Source of the DNA: Octopus vulgaris
Taxonomy: Eukaryota
DNA: 64,000 bases
NCBI GenBank assembly: GCA_951406725.2
Contig: OX597830.1
Span: 62,000,001-62,064,000, forward strand
Direction: 5' to 3'
The notes under the pieces are model-generated. The model did not search any database, had not been told where the DNA came from, and saw only the letters and a program-made list of their open reading frames with translations. Made by a program: the position numbers and the translations under genes. Every line of letters starts with the position of its first letter. The first letter of the stretch is position 1. This document shows, piece after piece, positions 1 to 10,800 of the stretch.

Positions 1-551
1 TCCAAAGTATATCAATCATATACGATGGTGTAAACAACGCAACCGCCTGTTGATGCTGCAGATCGAACTTAGTGGTTCAACCTATTATGTCCTATGCCTC
101 TGCTCGAACCCTGTTGATGTGTGTTGAATACAATGCTGCTGCCTTCTCGTGACAAGTAAACAATTTTATTGACCACTCGACGGAACCTCAGCGAGATATA
201 GTTTGAAATCGCGAAATACGAGTCACTCCTTCAGCAAACAGTAAAACCATTTTCACTGCTTTGCCTTTCATCCTTTCGGGGTCGATAAATAAAGCACAAG
301 TTTCGCACTGGGGGGTCGATGTAATCGACTTAATCCCTTTGTCTGTCCTTGTTTGTCCCCTCTATGTTTAGCCCCTTGTGGGCAGTAAATAAAGAATTAT
401 ATATACTAAACTATACCAGAATCTGAAATCAATTAACGGATGAATTTCAAGACTTTCTTTCCGAAGCTGGTCTCATATTTATGTCGTAAAAAAAAATAGG
501 ATGCAACCTGAATAAAGAAAATTAACATTTCATACAATAAAATAAACTTAC

Positions 552-762
552 CAGCGAGAATGAATGATCCTACACTTGATATAAAACCGGAGAGGAATGA
601 ATTAAACGGGAAGGTGCCAACCACACAAATGTACAAAAACTGCATCACGCCCGTGAGGAAAACATAGACGAGATATGCATCTATAATCTTAAGTTTCTTC
701 GGCGTGTTTGCTATGTATTCGTCCCAAAATTTGGTCAGAACATTTAATATTTTTTCCGGCAT
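552..762 (-). CDS. DAD1: DAD1 (oligosaccharyltransferase subunit DAD1/OST2), coding exon 1; rest of gene lies left of the window
   Basis: Translation [70 protein letters not shown] contains the DAD1 signatures KLKIIDAYL and [15 protein letters not shown]. Exon is 211 nt and ends at donor G|gtaagt (551-546); the ORF-track tail beyond 552 is intron read-through. Confidence 0.95.
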
Positions 763-779
763 GTTTCTTCTAAAAAAGT

Positions 780-1000
780 TTTCTAAAAAGGTTCTGCAAT
801 GATGCCTTATTTACACTCGGAAAATGCGTAACGAAGGAAAGCGGACGTAGCTGAAATGTGACAACGTCAACGTGGCAATGGATTCTCGTATTGCGAGAAT
901 TGAGCGAGATTTCGTTGCTGCTTTCGTTTCACGTGTATTTTACCGAAATTTGCGGGAATCGTCACAGATATGAAAATTTGTTAGGAATTTCGGGCATCAC
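780..1000 (-). promoter_or_regulatory. Probable DAD1 promoter/5' region
   Basis: Locally CpG-rich stretch immediately upstream of the DAD1 ATG; CACGTG at ~930 and CCACGT (minus strand) at ~870-875. TSS not determined. Confidence 0.45.
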
Positions 1001-1050
1001 ATTTTTTTTGTCAATTGGCAGTTATGATTGCTGTTGCCAAATGAAATATT

Positions 1051-1319
1051 GGTACTACTAGCAAACAGTGGTCCCGGTGCGCGCGCACGCGCTAGCTAGT
1101 CGTAAGTAGTCGATCCTAAATAATTTTTTAAACTAAGTAAATAAATTATTTTTATAAACAAACTAAGGTTAGGGTTAGAGTTAAAAAATTAGGGTTAGGG
1201 TTAAAAAATTAGGTTTAGGGTTAGGGTTAAGGTTAAACAGTCGTAGGATCCACTACTTACGACTAGCTAGCACGGATGCGCTTGTGCGCGCCCCGGGACC
1301 ACTGTTCGCTAGTTGTACC
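1051..1319. mobile_element. MITE with ~70-bp TIRs and internal (TTAGGG)-like repeats, Mutator-like
   Basis: Ends GGTACTACTAGCAAACAGTGGTCCCGG... and ...CCGGGACCACTGTTCGCTAGTTGTACC are inverted; flanks tgaaatatt / tgaaatata form a 9-bp TSD with 1 mismatch. Confidence 0.8.
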
Positions 1320-1346
1320 TGAAATATATTCGAAAGGAGCTGAATT

Positions 1347-1992
1347 GGTTAATGTTTACTTAAACATCCGGCCACTACAACAAAAGAAAAAAATGTGTAT
1401 TAAATGAATATGAAAACTGAAATTTGCGCCAACGAACTGGGGGGGGGGGGGATGAGGAGAGAACTTTCAAAAAATTCACAAGATCCGATTTTTTTTTCCT
1501 CATAACTTTAAGGAATATGGATATCGGATCTTTTCGGTTTGAACGGCAGTTTTTAACATAATGTACATAAACCCAAACTGTTTCTTAAATGAGAGACTTA
1601 TTCATATGGCACAGAATGTTTTTTAGCTCAATAGATGTCAGTGATTGGTTGAAATTGCAGAAATTGAAGGTAAAAAACAACAAATATCTTACAAACCATA
1701 GAATTTTCTCAATAAAGCCAAGAGAAAAAGATGTTTTATAAACACATTCTACCAGTATACGAAGTTTAAAATTTTTTAGTTACCTAGAAATTATGTTAAA
1801 AACTGCCGTTCAAACCGAAAAGATCCAAACCTTTTTTCTATGACTTTTGCATCTTGTTAATTTTCAGAAAGTCCCCTCCCCACCTGCTGGTTAATTGGTG
1901 CAAATTTTTGTTTTCCCATTCGTTTAATACACATTTTATACTTTTTTTTTTTCTTTTTTGGTGTCCAGGTGTTAAAGTAAACATTAATAACC
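1347..1992. mobile_element. Old foldback/MITE with ~140-bp diverged arms, hosting a younger MITE
   Basis: 1347-1487 is a diverged reverse complement of 1850-1992; flanks gctgaatt / actgaatt (8 bp, 1 mismatch). Confidence 0.65.
1526..1826. mobile_element. MITE, GGATCTTTTCGG-TIR family (copy 1, internally deleted)
   Basis: TIR GGATCTTTTCGGTTTGAACGGCAGTTTTTAACATAAT / ATTATGTTAAAAACTGCCGTTCAAACCGAAAAGATCC; interior nearly identical to 30316-30729. Confidence 0.85.
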
Positions 1993-2723
1993 ACTGAATT
2001 CGTCAAAAGCAGAAGCTAAAATATAACTAAGAATGCCTAGTTGAAGCTAACTAACGTGCTAAATATAAAACCCGTGTCGTCAAAAATGAGATCAGTTTTA
2101 TTGATTACAAAATAGTTGAAAACAACTGGAGAAACGATTGATAGATTCCTCTAATAGGGAAAAAATAAAGTCCCTTTCTTTTTCCATCTAACACTCATAA
2201 ACTCGTGTGGTGTTTTCAGACCCCTTGCTCATAAAACCCCAAGCTTATACCCTTCCATTCAGTCATGTCTGACGATAGCTTGCTTCTCCACATTTTTCAG
2301 CACATAACCATTCTGAAACAGGAACCGACTGTTATCTAACTAAATATATGATATTGTATAAATCACACCATACATCATCATCATTAGCATCATCATCCTT
2401 TAACATCTGTTTTCCATGATGGCATGACCCGGAGGACGGAATGACCAGAGCTGGGAATCTGCACCAGATTCCAGTTTGATTTGGCTCGGTTTCTATGGCT
2501 GGATGCCCTTCCTAACATCAACCATTTTACACTGTATACCACCAACACAAGTGCTTTTTCCTATGTGGCACCAGCACGAGTGCTTTTTACATGGCACTGG
2601 CACAGAACTCTTGCAGTCCAACCATTAACACCAGGGGATGTAGCTTTAAAACTTCAGCAGTGAAGTCCAGGGCTTCTTGAGTACAGCTAGCTGCCAAGTA
2701 TCTTGGTCCCTTATATATATATA

Positions 2724-3085
2724 TCATCATCATCATCATCATCATTTAACGTCCGTTCTCCATGCTAGCATGGGTTGGACGGTTCAACTGGGGTCTGGGA
2801 AGCCAGGAGGCTGCACCAGGCTCCAGTCTGATCTGGCAGTGTTTCTACAGCTGGATGCCCTTCCTAACGCCAACCACTCCGTGAGTGTAGTGGGTGCTTT
2901 TTACGTGCCAGGCAAGGCTGACAACGGCCACGATTCGATTGGTGCTTTTTACGTGCCACCGGCACGGAAGCCAGTCAAGGCGGTGCTGGCATCGGCCATG
3001 TTCGGATGGTGCTTTTTACGTGCCACCGGCATGGAAGCCAGTCGAGGCGGTACTGGCATCGGCCACGTTTGGATGGTGCTTTTTG
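2724..3085 (-). mobile_element. RTE LINE 3'-tail element (family C), representative of ~23 copies in the window
   Basis: (CAT)n tail, CCATGCTAGCATGG palindrome, GGATGCCCTTCCTAACGCCAACC core and ~63-nt tandem units. Other copies at about 12585-12870, 16738-17340, 22089-22278, 23838-24110, 26878-27085, 35241-35830, 36540-36872, 37712-38045, 38090-38483, 39852-40042, 40197-40470, 41850-42256, 44075-44240, 46530-46868, 50232-50584, 51422-51677, 57268-57521, 60912-61400, 62158-62336. Confidence 0.85.
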
Positions 3086-3191
3086 TGTGTGCATATTTAT
3101 ATATGTATGTATACACACAAACACATATGTACATCCATACACCCACGCAAACAAAACACTTGTATCTACATACACATACACATGCAGACAC

Positions 3192-3235
<44 letters not shown>

Positions 3236-3237
3236 CA

Positions 3238-3860
3238 GGATAGTCATTTTTCTTTTTGCCAAATAAACACATGCACTAAATATTCGTTCACTCATTTATT
3301 AATGTTCTTATTTTATAATACACACAAACTCGAGTTTCTGGGCATTGACGCGTCAGAAACTCAAGTCCGTGTGTATCATAAGTTGAAGACGGGAAGGATG
3401 GCTTCCCTTTGCAAACACTGATAGGGCACAGAAAGTGTGTCTATAGCCAGCTGGAGGAGGTGTCCTCCTGGGACTACAAACTACAGTAGCATCCACCCTT
3501 AGGGGTTAGCCATATTTAAATGGCATATGTACGTCACGATGTGTTGTAGCTACTGTTTATAACTTGCTCTGACATTCATTATTGCTTGCTTACACTTTTT
3601 CGATATCAGTGTCTATCGATACTGGAAAAAGTATAAGTGTTTGTGAAGGGAACCTGCTTCTTATTTCATACATTGTCTGGAAATCTTTTGTCACATATTG
3701 GTGACCTCTTCAGTGACCCTTTCCATGCACCTGTATCCTCCAGCTCCATCTAGTCCATTTCCAGACAATGGACATAAGATGAAATAAGAACAATAATAAG
3801 CGAGTGAAGAATGAATATATAGTGTGTGTGTTTATTTGGCAAAAAAAAAAAATTACCATT
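3238..3860. mobile_element. Penelope-like relic with ~75-bp inverted ends
   Basis: 3238-3315 is a diverged reverse complement of 3780-3860; degenerate hammerhead-like motif at 3675-3717 (minus); abuts a (TA)n tract. Confidence 0.45.
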
Positions 3861-3861
3861 A

Positions 3862-4260
3862 GGTGCAGGAGTGGCTGTGTGGTAAGTAGCTTGTTTACCT
3901 ACCACATGGTTCCAGGTTCAGTCCCACTGCATGGCACCTTGGGCAAGTGTCTTCTACTATAGCCTTGGGCTGACCAATGCCTTGTGAGTGGATTTGGTAG
4001 ACGGAAACTGAAAGAAGCCCGTCGTATATATGTATATATATATATATGTTTGTGTGTCTGTGTTTGTCCCCCTAGCATTGCTTGACAACCGATGCTGGTG
4101 TGTTTATGTCCCTGTTACTTAGCGATTCGGCAAAAGAGACCAATAGAATAAGTACTGGGCTTACAAAAGAATAAGTCCCGGGGTCGAGTTGCTCGATTAA
4201 AGGCGGTATTCCAGCATGGCCGCAGTCAAATGACTGAAACAAGTAAAAGAGTCAAAAGAG
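3862..4260 (+). mobile_element. tRNA-derived SINE family A (~400 bp, internal (TA)n(TG)n), representative of ~16 copies
   Basis: A-box-like TGGCTGTGTGG and B-box-like GGTTCAGTCCC; conserved body GCCTTGTGAGTGGATTTGGTAGACGGAAACTG; (AGTAAAAG)n tail. Other copies at about 5615-6240, 6481-6925, 7440-8120, 9736-10157, 11330-11615, 39183-39603, 53671-54100 (plus) and 17645-18062, 20970-21095, 24835-25200, 41225-41505, 43820-44405, 45100-45510, 61600-61997 (minus). Confidence 0.9.
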
Positions 4261-4539
4261 TATTCCGAAATATAACAATATCTGTTTCAACAGAGTTTCA
4301 TATCGGAAATCTTATAACACAGCTGGCATGGGTTGGACAATTTGACATGGAGCTGGCCAGCTGTTCAGACTCTAATTGTCTGTCGTGGCATGGTTTCTAC
4401 AGCTGGATGCCCTTCCTAATGCCAATCACTTAATAGAATCTGCTGAGTGTTTCTTATGTGCCACTGGCATGGGTATATTTACACAGCACTGGCCCAGGTG
4501 CATTTACATAGGACTGTCATGGGGGGAGGGCATTTACAC

Positions 4540-5540
4540 AGTGATTTTACTTAGCTTGATGCATCATATACCGCAGATTGCCACATCTCCTGGTCCCCTT
4601 TCATTTCCTTAGTGAGGCTCAGCATCCAAAGATCCTTTCTCTTCATGTTGTCCCATGTCTACCTGAATCTACCCCTTCCACAATTAGAGCTCAGTACTTC
4701 TTTATGCAGCTGTCCTCATCCATATGAATCACATGACCATACCAGCATAGTCTTCTCTCTTGCTCACAGCATTCGATACCTCTTATACCCAGTTTTCCTC
4801 TTAATTATTTGCAATCTGTCGTGCATGCACACTGACATTACCCATCCAGTGGAGCATGCTAGCTTCATTTCTTTCAAGCCTTCACATTTCCTCTGCGGTC
4901 AAAGTCCTCTGCGGTCACTGCCATATAACACATGCGTCATACACTCTGCCTCTCACTCTGAGGGGGAGACCTTCAGTTACCAACAAAGGTAGAAACTCTC
5001 TGACCTTTGCCCAGCCTATTCCTATTCTAGTAACAACACTTTCAGAACTTCCTCCTCCACTGCTAATTTGGACTCCTAGGTAACAGAAGCTATCTACTAC
5101 TTCTATTGTCATTGCGTTTTTAGTGCTTATTGCACCTATACATTTGCCACACACAAAGACTATATTTTCTATATGTTCTATTAAACTTCCTGTAATACCA
5201 CTACACCTCTTACATGTCCAAAGCTAGCACTGAGTACAACACATGGAGTTTCTACTAATACCCTTCTTACATATCAAGCAGGTTCATCTCCCAGAAGGGG
5301 CTTGTGACTTGTCTGTTTTCCTATGTACTAGGACTTGGGTTTTCACTAAATTAATTCTAAGGTCCTTAGATTCCAGGCTTTACTTCCACACCTGAAATTT
5401 CTTATCAAGGTCAGGTAGTTATTCAGCTATAAGAACTAGATCATCAGCATACAGGAGCTCCCAGGGACAGTCCATCATGAATTCCTCTGTTAAGGCCTGG
5501 AAGACTAAGATAAACAAGATGGGGCTCAGAACTGAGCCTT
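4540..5540 (-). mobile_element. Degenerate RTE LINE reverse-transcriptase fragment
   Basis: Homologous to 18760-19800 (IEVVDSFCYLG...IGWAKVREFLPLLVTEGLPLRVRGRVYDACV; WELLYADDL at ~5440-5463); frameshifts and stops. Confidence 0.8.
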
Positions 5541-5650
5541 TATTTATCAAAAAATGCTATGACGATAAAAATAAACCTTCTTTTGTATAATGTTATTCAA
5601 TAAAGTTACCTAAAGGCGCAGGAGTGGCTGTGTGGTAAGTAGCTTGCTAA

Positions 5651-5885
5651 GAAGGCGGCGAGCTGGCAGAAACGTTAGCACGCCGGGCGAAATGAGTAGC
5701 CGTATTTCGTCTGCCGTTACGTTCTGAGTTAAAATTCCGCCGAGGTCGTCTTTGCCTTTCATCCTTTCGGGGTCGATTATATAAGTACCAGTTACGCACT
5801 GGGGTCGATATGATCGACTTAATTCGTATGTCTGTCCTTGTTTGTCCCCTCTGTGTTTAGCCCCTTGTGGGTAGTAAAGAAAAAA
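5651..5885 (+). mobile_element. SINE family B (Meta-domain-like), nested in a family A SINE
   Basis: Head GGCGGCGAGCTGGCAGAAACGTTAG, core GCCTTTCATCCTTTCGGGGTCGAT; exact 16-bp TSD gtaagtagcttgctaa (5635-5650 / 5886-5901). Further copies at 258-397, 23453-23686 (TSD aataaaacattaaa) and 24462-24690 (minus). Confidence 0.85.
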
Positions 5886-6665
5886 GTAAGTAGCTTGCTA
5901 ACCAACCACATGGTTCCGGGTTCAGTCCCACTGCATGGCATCTTGGGCAAGTGTCTTCTGCTATAGCCCCGGGCCGACCAATGCCTTGTGAGTGGATTTG
6001 GTAGACAGAAACTGAAAGAAGCCTGTCATATATATGTATGTGTGTGTTTGTCCCCCTAGCTTTGCTTGACAACCGATGCTGGTGTGTTTACGTCCCCGTC
6101 ACTTAGCGGTTCAGCAAAAGAGACCGATAGAATAAGTACTGGGCTTACAAAGAATAAGTCCTGGGGGCGATTTGCTCGACTAAAGGCAGTGCTCCAGCAT
6201 GGTTGCAGTTAAATTGACTGAAACAAGTAAAAGAGAGGGTAAGGTTTCTGGGATATCGCAAGTGATAGGCTAGCATGTCCAGACACTGAATATTCCATCA
6301 GAGGAGACAAAGTGAGTATGGGATAATCCAGAAACAGCTGTAAGACTTCAAATTAATCTTATCTGAAATTAAATTATCATAAATGACTTGAGATACTCAT
6401 CCTGCTTTGGTTTTGATGTCCTTTTTCTCTAATGTGTATGTGTGTATACACACATACACATACATACATATGTATGTATAGGTGCAGGAGTGGCTATATA
6501 GGCGCAGGAGTGGCTGTGTGGTAAGTAGCTTGCTAACCAACCACATGGCTCGGGGTTCAGTCCCACTGCGGGGCATCTTGGGCAAGTGTCTTCTGCTATA
6601 GCCCCGGGCCGACCAATGTCTTGTGAGTGGATTTGGTAGACGGAAACTGAAAGAAGCCTGTTGTA

Positions 6666-6716
<51 letters not shown>

Positions 6717-7081
6717 TTGTGTGTCTGTGTTTGTCCCCCTAGCACTGCTTAACAACCGATGCTGGTGTGTTTATGTCCCCGTTACTTAGCGGTTCGGCAA
6801 AAGAGACCGATAGAATAAGTACTGGGCTTATAAAGAATAAGTCCCGGGGTCGATTTGCTCGATTAAAGGCGGTGCTCCAGCATGGCCGCAGTCAAATGAC
6901 TGAAACAAGTAAAAGAGTAAAAGAGTATACACACACATACATACACACACACACACATATATATATACATACGTGTGTGTGTATATATAACAGAAACACA
7001 AAATTTTGATACATTGTAGTGATAACACTTGCCATTTTATATTTACATAATTTATTACATACAAATGTTAGAATTTGGGTG

Positions 7082-7153
7082 TCAAAAGTCATAATTTTGG
7101 AGATAAATAAGACGACAGCTCAGAAGTTTCTCTCTGCATAATGGGCATTCCCC
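7082..7153 (-). CDS. PEX10: PEX10 exon 7 (last): GECPLCREKLLSCRLIYLQNYDF*
   Basis: Acceptor ttttacctgtag|; final CPLC of the RING; TGA at 7084-7082. Absent from the ORF track. Confidence 0.92.
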   Translation of the reverse strand, partial: GECPLCREKLLSCRLIYLQNYDF

Positions 7154-7832
7154 CTACAGGTAAAAGAAACAAACATTTATATTAAATTTGTATCAAAAAT
7201 TAGTCGGCAGAAACAGTTCAAACAATAGAGTAAATTAAAATTTGCCACAAGGAAGAGAAATTTAAATGCATTGAGCAGGCCTGTAAATTACAGAGATATG
7301 TTTTCTAATAATAATGAATAAATTGACAAAACACATATACTGATTTAGGTTGATAGATTGTAAAAAAAATCCAAGATACTCTTTGTCTATTTAATTGAAA
7401 TACCAATGACTGGAATAAAGGTTATGCAATCTAAATATAGGTGCAGGAGTGGCTGTGTGGTAAGTAGCTTGTTTACCAACCACATGGTTCCGGGTTCAGT
7501 CCCACTGCGTGGCACCTTGGGCAAGTGCCTTCTGCTATAGCCTCGGGTCGACCAAAGCCTTGTGAGTGGATTTGGTAGACGGAAACTGAAAGAAGCCTGT
7601 CGTATATATGTATATATATATATATGCGTGTGTGTGTTTGCGTGTCTGTGTTTGTCCCCCCAACATCGCTTGACAACTGATGCTGATGTGTTTACGTCCC
7701 CATAACTTAGCGGTTCGGTAAAAAGGCTGATAGTATAAGTACTAGGCTTACAATGAATAAGTCCTGGGGGTCGAGTTGCCAACCAAAGCCTTGTGAGTGG
7801 ATTTGGTAGACGGAAACTGAAAGAAGCCTGTC

Positions 7833-7886
<54 letters not shown>

Positions 7887-10800
7887 TTGTGTGTGTGTTT
7901 GTGTGTCTGTGTTTGTCCCTCCCAACATCGCTTGACAACCGATGCTGGTATGTTTACGCCCCCGTTACTTAGTGGTTCGGCAAAAGAGACCGATAGAATA
8001 AGTACTAGGCTTACAAAAAAATAAGTCCTGGGGTCAATTTGCTCGACAAAAAAAGGCGGTGCTCCAGCATGGCCGCAGTCAAAATGACTGAAACAAGTAA
8101 AGTAAAGTAAAGTAAAAGTAAGACCATGAATGGAATGATCCAACCATTCCATTTATGACTATCCAATCTTATTTTTGACAATGTATACCAGACTACATCA
8201 TCCAGTGTGTCCTTTCCTTATTTCAAATGGAAGAATGTAAAAAGTAGAAACTGAGGATAACTTGGCTGTTATTTCTAATGAATTGAGATCTAGCTTGTGA
8301 GATGGACAGTTCATTACTGCGGTAACTTCCAACAGTGTCTGTTTCAACACCAACCTCATTCCAGGATACTGCTACAACATCATCCTAAGAAGACTTTCTG
8401 TCCTACACAGTCTCTGCTATTACATAAACACTCAGACACATCTATAACACTACTCCAACACCAACAAGCCAATAAGGGATCTTCAATATGGCGTTAAGGA
8501 CTGGCTAAATATGGCAGCCAAATTTCCTCAAATCAAACCCATCTTAGAAAAGGACATGTTGGATAATGTGGTACTGGGTTCTCTGCATGTAAAAAAAATA
8601 AAGACTAGATGGTTATGGTGAAATGCCTATAATCACAGGTCTGCTGAATCAACCAAACAACAGTAAGAATAACTAAAGAGGGTAAAGAGCCCCTTCGGTC
8701 ATGAATGACCATGGGATTGCACCTAGAAAGTTACCCTCCTAGACACAAGTCCGGGCAAGGTTGTTTATGGAAGACCAGCAGTCGCCCATGCATACCAGCC
8801 TCCCCTCTCCACGCCACCAGTGTTATCCAAGGGAAAGACAAAGGTCGATACAGCTTGGCACCAGTGACGTCGCAACTCATTTCTACAGCTGAGTGAACTG
8901 GAGCAACGTGAAATAAAGTGCTTTGCTCAAGAACACAACACGCAGCCCGGTCCGGGATTCGAGCTCACAATCTCACGATCGTAAGCTCGACGCTCTAACC
9001 ACTGAGCCATGCGCCTTCAGTAAGAATAACTACACCATCCTAAATACCCTAGTCATATCAGATATAAGTTAGAAAACAAGCAATTTCCTACAACTTTCAA
9101 AGAGCAGACTTTGGGTAACTGCTAGGTGGAGGTCTGACATATCTAGTACAGGGATTCGAAACTGTTTTCTGTATTTACTTCCTTTACAAGTTTACCATCC
9201 TGGTTTCCCTCACATCAAATGAAGAAGTCTTGTAAACAACTCAATTATTGCTTAACATTAATATCCTTAAAATTATTAAGGAAAATAAATCTTGCAAAAA
9301 CTGTAAATAATGACAAAGAATTTTTCAACCTAAAAACAATTTCCCCATTGGAATCCCCAATTTGCCCTTGGAATCTTGAAATTTCCCTAGGCTCATTTTG
9401 AGGATTTAGAGCAATAATTCTGTAGGTTGCACCTAAAATGTTCAACTCACTACTTAGGTGGGGTCTATTAGGCTGATCTGGGGCTATATGAGAACAAGAA
9501 ATGACACATAAAACAGAATTCTCAACATAATATATTCGAATAATAGATGGGATTGTCATGGCTGGAATGCTTGTCATCAGAGATTTGCTTGATCGTGTCT
9601 GGCATAAAACTCAAGGAGGGATATACTGGGTAATGAAGTCCAAGATATACTATGTCTATGTATGAGTAAAAGATAGGATAGTCATGACTGGAATACTCTT
9701 GATTATGGATCTGCTTGATCAAAGATGAACAGATAGGTGCAGGAGTGGCTGTGTGGTAAGTAGCTTGCTAACCAACCACATGGTTCCGGGTTCAGTCCCA
9801 CTGCATGGCATCTTGGGCAAGTGTCTTCTGCTATAGCCCCGACCAATGCTTTGTGAGTGGATTTGGTAGACAGAAACTGAAAGAAGCCTGTTGTATATAT
9901 GTATATATATATATCTGTGTGTGTGTATGTGTTTGTGTGTCTGTGTTTGTCCCCCTAGCACTGCTTAACAACCGATGCTGGTGTGTTTACGTCCCCCGTC
10001 ACTTAGCGGTTCGGCAAAAGAGACCGATAGAATAAGTACTGGGCTTACAAAGAATAAGTCCCGGGGTCGATTTGCTCGTCTAAAGGTGGTGCTCCAGCAT
10101 GGCCGCAGTCAAATGACTGAAACAAGTAAAAGAGTAAAAGAGAGAGAGAGAGAGAGTAAAAAGCAAACTTAAAAGAAAGGAAGCTCGAGAGGTGTGACAC
10201 TGCAGCCTCTTACCTTGGTCTGACACCATTCCAGGATACAACTCCAACAAAAAAGATGACCACATGGTGTAACAGTTGTTTCATGACGAAGTTCTAAGCA
10301 CAGAGGACACTGATGACTTGATGCAGTTGCTACAGACTTCACCTTACAACTGAAAATATATAGAAGTAAATTGATAACAAGAGCCCAACAGGTATAAATG
10401 TGATATTAACAAGTTTGCATTGCCCCCACAAACTTCCAGATGTGATGCCCAATGTGTGACATCTTCTACAAGTGTCTTCTATCAAACTCCTTGATTGATC
10501 AATGCTTTATGAGTAAAATTTGGTGCATGGAAACTGTGCAGAAGCTCTGCATATGCATGCACACGTGTGCATATATCTTTTGCTGATCTCCATCATATAT
10601 CATACATTGGTAAGAAAATTGATAAAATGGTACATTCAAACAAAATACCCTTTGGCTATTCCACTTGAGTTGCAGGAATGCAATGGGCATATACAAAAAG
10701 AAGGAGTGGTCATGGCTAGAATATTTTTGATTTTAAGGTCTTTGTTTTTTTTAATCAGGGCTGACATGGAGTTAAATAATACAATAATAAAAAGAAAACA

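Noticed and set aside
862-880. UPR-element-like CCACGT upstream of DAD1
   Set aside because: Only a partial match to UPRE/ERSE consensus; too short to support.
2677-3421. Recurrent ORFs with LQLDALPNANHS, HHHHH or YIYIYI
   Set aside because: Translations of RTE tails, SINEs and microsatellites, repeated throughout the window.
8945-9017. tRNA-like sequence
   Set aside because: Head of a TSD-flanked SINE; acceptor stem does not close, so not a tRNA gene.
9245-9577. 110-aa minus ORF inside PEX10 intron 6
   Set aside because: No PEX10 similarity, would split the RING, and partly overlaps an old repeat tail.
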